From contig OZ024749.1 in the NCBI GenBank assembly GCA_964016885.1, positions 34,224,001 through 34,288,000 of the forward strand: 64,000 bases of DNA. Reading direction: 5' to 3'. The notes beneath the pieces were generated by a model. It was not told the origin of the DNA. It saw only the letters and a list, made by a program, of their open reading frames with translations, and searched no databases. Shown piece by piece: positions 57,589 to 64,000 of this stretch. This DNA is from Eledone cirrhosa. Taxonomy: Eukaryota. Numbering within the stretch: position 1 is the stretch's first letter; each line of letters opens with the position of its first letter. The position numbers and the translations under genes were made by a program.

Positions 57589-57801
57589 CTGCCACAAGAT
57601 GGAATGGAAAGGGAGGGATGAGAAAAAATAGAAAGAAAGGACGAAGAAAAATAATGAAAGGGAAGATAAAGAAATTACTTTCATACACAAAAATGTCCCT
57701 TTATTTTAACATATATTTTTAAACATGCTTTGCTCCCACTGAAAAATCAGTGACACTTCTGTCAGAAGTCACAACCAACAGATAGCATCAGCAATGAAAA
57801 G

Positions 57802-58250
57802 ACTGTTCTATTGGTCAGTTTGTCCCTTAACAAGCAACTAATTACTGTTCTATTGGTCAGTTTGTCCCTTAACAAGCAACTAATTACTGTTCTATTGATC
57901 AGTTTGTCCCTTAACAAGCAACTAATTACTGTTCTATCGGTCAGTTGGTATCTTAACCTTTTAGCATTTAAACCGGCCGTATCCAGCCAGAATTCTCTCA
58001 TCTCTTTCTGTTCAAACCAGCCATAACCAGCTGCTTATACTTACGTTAAGGTATTGTTCTCAAAATAAATATTATCAAAATCTCGTAGATTCGATATTAT
58101 GTGAGAAAATACAATTGTAAATATAGAGTAATGCAAATGCTAAAGGGTTATCAAGCAACTAATTACTGTTTTATTGATCAGTTGGTCCCTTAACAAGCAA
58201 CCAATTACTGTTCTATTGGTCAGTTGGTCCCTTACCAAACAACTAATTAT
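57802..58250. repeat. 42-bp tandem repeat interrupted by a piggyBac-type MITE (57953-58150)
   Basis: Unit ACTGTTCTATTGGTCAGTTTGTCCCTTAACAAGCAACTAATT; MITE sits at the unit's TTAA. Confidence 0.88.
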
Positions 58251-58334
58251 TGATCCATTTGAAAGGAAGAGTTAGTCAGTCAGACAGACCCCCCCCCCCC
58301 CCAAAAAAAAAATAGGACTTTGATGATGAAATAC

Positions 58335-58493
58335 CTGATATAGTAGAGACGGGCCTGGTTACCATGGAAACTGTAGTGGCAGTAGTAGTAGTGGAGACAC
58401 CACTAACAACTACAACAGGTGTCCCAGATTGACTGGGCTTTGGCAATATTTTACTGCCAGTTGGGGGAACACTCTGGGTTATTATCTTCATAC
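58335..58493 (-). CDS. EMSY: EMSY-like exon (GMKIITQSVPPTGSKILPKPSQSGTPVVVVS...)
   Basis: ctag/gtat sites; matches EMSY GVKIITQQVQPSKILPKP motif (from memory). Confidence 0.85.
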
Positions 58494-58835
58494 CTAGGAA
58501 GATAAATAAAGAAATAAATTAAATATCAGGTAAAATACAAATGAACAATGAAGCAGAGATGAGCTGAGAGAAAACTGGCATATAAGAGAAATTAGATGTA
58601 GCACCCTTTTCGCCTGTATTCGTCCCCCAAGGATGTGGGTAGTCAAATTTTGGGTCCTGATGACATGACCAAAATACTGAAGTTTCCTTTTCCTTACAGG
58701 GGAAAAGAGCCAGGGGATGGCAGAAAAGGAGATGGACAGATGATATTAAGGTATGGACATGAAGGAGTTTTGTGGAATATATGGCAATGGCATGAGACAA
58801 CAAAAGATGGAGAGTACTGATCCATAAGTCCAGAT

Positions 58836-59025
58836 TGTATTTTATTGTGACACCAGCACTACCACTTTACAGAGTGTACTGGGTGTATTTTATTGTGACA
58901 ACAGCACTACCACTTTACAGAGTGTACTGGGTGTATTTTATTGTGACACCAGCACTACCACTTTACAGAGTGTACTGGGTGTATTTTATTGTAGTACCAA
59001 CCCTACCACTTTACAGAGTGTACCA
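58836..59025. repeat. 48-bp tandem repeat derived from RTE 3' UTR
   Basis: 16-aa periodicity; CACTTTACAGAGTGTACTGGGTG unit. Confidence 0.8.
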
Positions 59026-59077
59026 GCACTATGGACATGGAAACAGATACACACAGAGACAGAGACAGGTGACGTAC

Positions 59078-59210
59078 CTCCTTCATGCTTTATCTGGATT
59101 GCTGACTTGGTATTTGGTTTAATCTGGATGCTCTGTACTGACTGGTTTCCTTGAGGAGAGTGTAGTGGTTGCTGACCAACAGGGATCACAACCCCAGGTT
59201 TCTGACCAAA
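59078..59210 (-). CDS. EMSY: EMSY-like exon (FGQKPGVVIPVGQQPLHSPQ...IKPNTKSAIQIKHEG)
   Basis: cacag acceptor, gag/gtacgt donor, phase 0 to 1; IQIKHE matches EMSY IQIKQE. Confidence 0.82.
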
Positions 59211-59395
59211 CTGTGAACATTTTAAGAGCAATACCATAGTAAAAAAAAAATAAATATACAAAATAGATTTAGAGTTTAAAAGATATCAATATATTGAATT
59301 ATGGTGAGAATAACTGTGTGGCACGAGGCACAAGAAGTAAGACAGAGAGAAAGGAGAGACACTGTTGGTCAAAGTTATCTGAAAGTTATGTATAC

Positions 59396-59570
59396 AGAGC
59401 CAGATTTACCATTGTGCTTAGGTGTGCTTAAGCACAGGGCCCCATGAGCCGGGGTGGGGGGGTTTGTGATCTTCTTGCCAACAAAATTATTTACGACAAA
59501 TTTTTCAAATGTTTGGGGCCTTATAACTTAACTAGCACAGGGCCTCATAGGAGTGGGAAGCAGTAAATCA
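59396..59570. mobile_element. Degenerate hAT-like MITE
   Basis: CAGAGCCAGATTTAC..GCACAGGGCC repeats..GTAAATC. Confidence 0.45.
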
Positions 59571-60142
59571 GAAGTTCCTAGAGGATTCCAGTAGCAATGT
59601 GAAGTGTAGAAATGTATGTAACATGTCGAATTAAGAGTTCAACTACAAGACATAACAAAACACCAACTGCAGTAGAGGGTTGGTGCCACAATAAAGAGCA
59701 TCCAGCACACTCTGTAAAGTATTAGTGTTGGTGTCCAAACAAAAAACACCCAGTCCACCCTGTAAAATGGTTGGGGTGGTAACACGACAAAAAGCATCCA
59801 GTCCAGCCTGTATGGAGATTTCTCTTTGCCCAATGTTCCTTAGGGAGGAAGAGGAGATGATGATGATGAATAATCCTGCTTTAGCAGGAAAAATAATATA
59901 AAAACATTTGCTGTTGCTGTAACAATGATGATGATGATGAGGAGACCACAGACATTTTCTTTGTTACATTTCAGTCATTTAAAAGTATATATATTATCCT
60001 ATTAACATTTCATTTCCCTTTTTAAAAGCTAAATATATATCAAAGGCTTTCCATGTCCTCCTACAACTTGTCCATTGATAACCCCCTTCGAACAATCTAA
60101 TCAGGAAAAATTATAAATGAATTAATTAAATGTTTTTTTTAC

Positions 60143-60252
60143 CTGTGGGAGTTTCTGTCTTGGGACTGATTTTGGTCTTGGTTTAGAAATGTTGATGGAT
60201 GATGGTAAGAACGCTGCTGAAGCAGTACCAAGGACAGCAGTTGTATTTGTTG
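60143..60252 (-). CDS. EMSY: EMSY-like exon (STNTTAVLGTASAAFLPSSINISKPRPKSVPRQKLPQ), not in ORF track
   Basis: tttccag acceptor, cag/gtaaa donor, phase 1 to 0 bridges neighbouring exons. Confidence 0.78.
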
Positions 60253-60312
60253 CTGGAAACACAGTAGAAGGTTTTATTGAGACAGACAGAATACATGGTA
60301 ATTGTTGTTGTT

Positions 60313-60514
60313 GTTATTGTATGACATATACTGGTATATTTTGTTTTTCAGATAGTAGGATAGGAACCCCTATCATTAAAACAACTTGAGAAACTTTATG
60401 GGATGCAACCTTCGAGGTCAGCATCCCATAAAGTTTCTCAGGTTGTTTTAATGATAGGGGTTCCTATCCTACTATCTGAAAAACAAAACATACCAGTATA
60501 TGTCATACAATAAC
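60313..60514. repeat. Intronic hairpin / foldback MITE, 94-bp arms
   Basis: 60313-60406 is the reverse complement of 60421-60514 with ~2 mismatches. Confidence 0.92.
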
Positions 60515-60844
60515 TACATTATGACATATATAGGTGTTAGCTATAACCATAACAACAATGACCATGTATTTTGTACCACTTCTCTTCTTTTTCTGTTTTA
60601 TTCTCTCCTTTTTCATTTAGGTTGCAAACTTTACCTATTAACAGATTTCTATATGTAGAGGTGAGAGATATTTAATTTTATTTTATATCAATAAGTGGTT
60701 CTTATTTTATTGACTTATTACATGCACCCCCACCCCTAACTCTCTCTCTCAGACAATCTGCCCTTGTTACCATGCATGGAAACAAAAAGCAGAAAGAGTG
60801 GAAACATATTCAGAGAAATCAGCAAATAATAGTAAGGGACTCAC

Positions 60845-61094
60845 AGGTAGATTTTGAAGATGTATTTGAGGTGGTAACCACAGTGATGATGTTTCCAAGG
60901 TTACCATTTGAGATTGAAACACTTCCAGGACTTGTGTTTGTGCTAGGCATCACAATAGACATTTTTGGATGAGCACTCGCACTTGTTGTCATTGTCGGGA
61001 TTGTCTTAACGAGAGGCAAAGAAATGGATTTTGGTAGTACATTAGGACCAGTGTTTGAACCAGAGCCAGAACCAGATGTGGACACTAATATCAC
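60845..61094 (-). CDS. EMSY: EMSY-like exon (VILVSTSGSGSGSNTGPNVLPKSISLPLVKT...)
   Basis: ttacag / gtgagt sites; joined QK|VILVST..PNVLPKS matches EMSY QKVIIVTT..PNILSKS. Confidence 0.85.
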
Positions 61095-61280
61095 CTGTAA
61101 GTAGGGGGGAAAAAACATCAGTTTATGTCTTTAAGAACAAAAATGCTGTATCAAAGATACATGGAAAAATGTCACTGATTATTTCACTTGTTACCATATT
61201 TCTAATTAAAGACACTACTAAATGTGTTTAATTAATTTTGAAATTCAAGAATTTAGAATGATATAGTATGATAATAATAA

Positions 61281-61459
61281 TTGTTTCTACTAGTGGCACA
61301 AGGCCAGCAATTACCTAGTACATTACTGGTACTTTATTTTATCGACCCCCGTAAGGATGAAAGGCAAAGTTAACCTCGGCGGGATTTGAACTCAGAATGG
61401 CAAGGGCCGAAACTCTGTGTCAAAGCATGGCGTCCGACCCTCTACCGATACTGCCAATT
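61281..61459 (-). mobile_element. tRNA-derived SINE
   Basis: Family consensus. Confidence 0.87.
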
Positions 61460-61464
61460 CATGA

Positions 61465-61790
61465 AAATTATTGTGTACTGTGCTCAGGTGCACTACAACT
61501 CATCAAAGGTGCATCTATAGTACTTAGAATAATATACAAATGTCAGGAAAGTAAACATTGTACGAGTCATGATATACACACAGATACATGCGTGCGTGCG
61601 TATGGTGGGGGAATATCAGGTGTAGTGACAGCGAATTTCGGGAAACATGGACGTTTTGAAGGATGCAGTGTCCCAACAGCTAACAACTGATGCAGGTAGT
61701 TTGTTCCATGCTTCAGCAACTCTGAGTGTGAAAAAAATGTTTCCGAAAGTCATGGAAGCTGTGCTGTTTTTTGACTTTGTAATCATGTCT
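61465..61790 (-). mobile_element. CR1/L2-type LINE 3' end
   Basis: Minus frame QHSFHDFRKHFFTLRVAEAWNKLPASVVSCWDTASFKT, the FF..RV...WN.LP terminal motif. Confidence 0.8.
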
Positions 61791-62746
61791 AACTAACTTT
61801 CTTATTATTAAGTTGGTGTTTGCTACATAATATTACAAAGATCCTTACATAAAATTATGAAGATTTTTAGATAAATATAAACATTTTAAAATAAATAGTT
61901 TTGGATCATTCAACCAGTGGCAAATTTGGATGGTTGGAATCAAAAGAGTATGGAAAAGCAGATGTAAAAATGATGTGGTGACATGTTATATTTTCTAAAG
62001 CTATATTTCAAATATGCTCCTAACTAAAGCGCTTAGGTGGAGATAATGTACAGGTGAGAAGCATTGTCTCACAAGCACATGTTTCTGAACTTATGTACAT
62101 ATGTAACACAAACACTCTCTCACATGTAAAAGATTTAAGCCTTGAGATACCAACTGACCCTGGTTCTACAATACAAAACTGTTTATTATAAAGTGCTTAT
62201 TTTTATCTGAAAACCTTCCCACGTAATTTTATGTGAGAAGAACTTTGGTTAAAGTATGTTTCAAACATCAGCTTAACTATTTCATTATCATATTTCTAAT
62301 GAAATATACCGTATTTCAGTTAATTAATGAACATTTAGAAGATAAAAACCTTTCTTAAGTTACACTCCAAATACCATCTTGATAAAATTATTTGAAAATG
62401 ATACATAGTGTATCACAACAAAAAGCACCCAGCCCACACTGTAAAGTGGTCGTGTAAGTGTCATGACAAAAAGTACCCAATCCACACTGTAAAGTGGTCG
62501 TGTAGGCATCACGACAAAAAGCACCCAGTACTCACTGTAAATAAGGTTGGCATTAGGAAGGGCATCCAGCTGTAGAAACTAAGCCAGAATCAGTTCTGTA
62601 TGAACAAGACATGACCACCTGACCTAGCATTGCCCACAACAGGACAACTTGTCTAACCCATGCTAATGTGGAAAATGGATTTAAAATGCTGCTGCTGCTG
62701 ATGTCTTTCATGAGAAATATAGTAATGAGAGGGTTAAGCTGCTTAC

Positions 62747-62985
62747 TTTCTGGGTTTGTGTTGCAACAGCACTGGTGTTCTGGCTTCTTGTCTGAGAGTT
62801 CTTGCTGATGGTGATCTTGACAGGAGAGATACCCTGCAGGGCGTTTGATGATGTTGAAGAGGAGGTGGTTGCAGTGGATGCTCGGGGTGTCTGAGTACCA
62901 GCACAGACAGAACTTATATTATCAACTGACATACTTCTCTTCTTCCGACTGCAGCTTTCTTCTTCATCTTCAGGAACAGCACTCC
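62747..62985 (-). CDS. EMSY: EMSY-like exon (SAVPEDEEESCSRKKRS...ISPVKITISKNSQTRSQNTSAVATQTQK); ENT-domain exons expected beyond the window
   Basis: aag acceptor, gtaagc donor; SPVKIT motif as in EMSY MSPVKITFTKP; basic NLS-like RKKR. Confidence 0.82.
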
Positions 62986-63293
62986 CTTGTAAAGAGAACA
63001 GCAACAATGATTAATATAAACACATAAACAAACATAAGAAAAAAAGAAAAGAGTAATATTCTTGCACTAGCACACAGAAAGGATTCTTCAGTCTTCAGAG
63101 CTGCTGTTTCAGTAAAATGATGCACAGACTAAACTCTGTAAAGGGGTTGGGGTTGGGAAAGGTATCCAGCTGTAGAATCTATGCCCAAACTGGAATGTAT
63201 GTAAGCATCTCACTGTCTACAGCCCAGCTATGACAGTAGCTCAGAGTAATTACTGATGTAGTCCATAATAACACAGCCAATCCACTGCACAGT

Positions 63294-63652
63294 CATCATC
63301 ATCATCATCATCATCATCATCGTTTAACGTCCAGGTTTAGACGGGAGTTTTCCCACTTGAGGCAAGAGTGATTGTCTTGCTCGCATAGGACTGTCTGCCG
63401 GGTTTTCTACAGTTGGATGCCCTTCCTAACACCAACAACATTTACAGTGTGGGGCTGGGAGGTTTTTACCGTGTTGCCTACATGGCCACATTACAGCGTG
63501 GACTGTCTGGCGGGTTTTCTACAGCTGGATGCCCTTCCTAACACCAACCACATTTACAGTGTGGGACTGGGAGGTTTTTACCGTGTTACCTACACGGCCA
63601 CATTACAGCGTGGACTGTGTGTTTTTTTTGTCATGACACCTACACGATCTCA
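63294..63652 (-). mobile_element. RTE 3' UTR copy with internal ~115-bp duplication and (GAT)n tail
   Basis: Near-identical reverse complement of 53850-54100. Confidence 0.85.
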
Positions 63653-64000
63653 TATGTTCAAGTGTCTTCTACCATATAGACTTCAACTGACTAATGCTTT
63701 CTGAGTGAAATTTGGTAAATGGAAACTGCAGAACCCTGTCATGTATAGCATCATCATTTCATTTTATGTCTGCTTTTTCCCTGCTTGCAAGGGTGGGACG
63801 AGAACTGATTCTGGCTTGATTTCTACAGCTGGATGCCCTTCCTAACACCAAACTTATTTACAGTGAGTGCTGGGTGCTTTTTTGCCGTAGCACCTCCACG
63901 ACCACTTTGCAGTGGAATGATATGGACCCCAGTCCCTATCATCTCATTTCTACAGATGAGTAAACTGGAGCAATGTGAAATAAAGTGTCTTGCTCAAGGA

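Overview
Eukaryotic, AT-rich, repeat-dominated animal DNA; the SINE families and dense (TA)n/(CA)n/(GATA)n arrays suggest a coleoid cephalopod, probably Octopus (inference). A 200-N gap (51762-51961) splits two compartments. The left part (1-51761) has no recognisable host gene. It holds three 5'-truncated Tx1/L1-type LINEs strung in (GATA)n, RTE and CRE LINE remnants, hAT and piggyBac-type MITEs, many tRNA-derived SINEs, an intron-containing tRNA-Tyr pseudogene and minisatellites. The right part (52-64 kb) carries 10 phase-consistent minus-strand exons of an EMSY-like gene. The main hidden signal is about a dozen minimal type I hammerhead-ribozyme motifs (CUGANGA-stem II-GAAA-palindrome-UH) from several unrelated sequence families, mostly close to (TA)n arrays and often in fold-back palindromes. 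One of them lies in the 3' end of a Penelope-like (Naiad-type) retroelement whose GIY-YIG C-terminus is missing from the ORF track. Nearly all long ORFs in the supplied track are microsatellite artefacts. All calls were made by eye; no database search or folding program was run.
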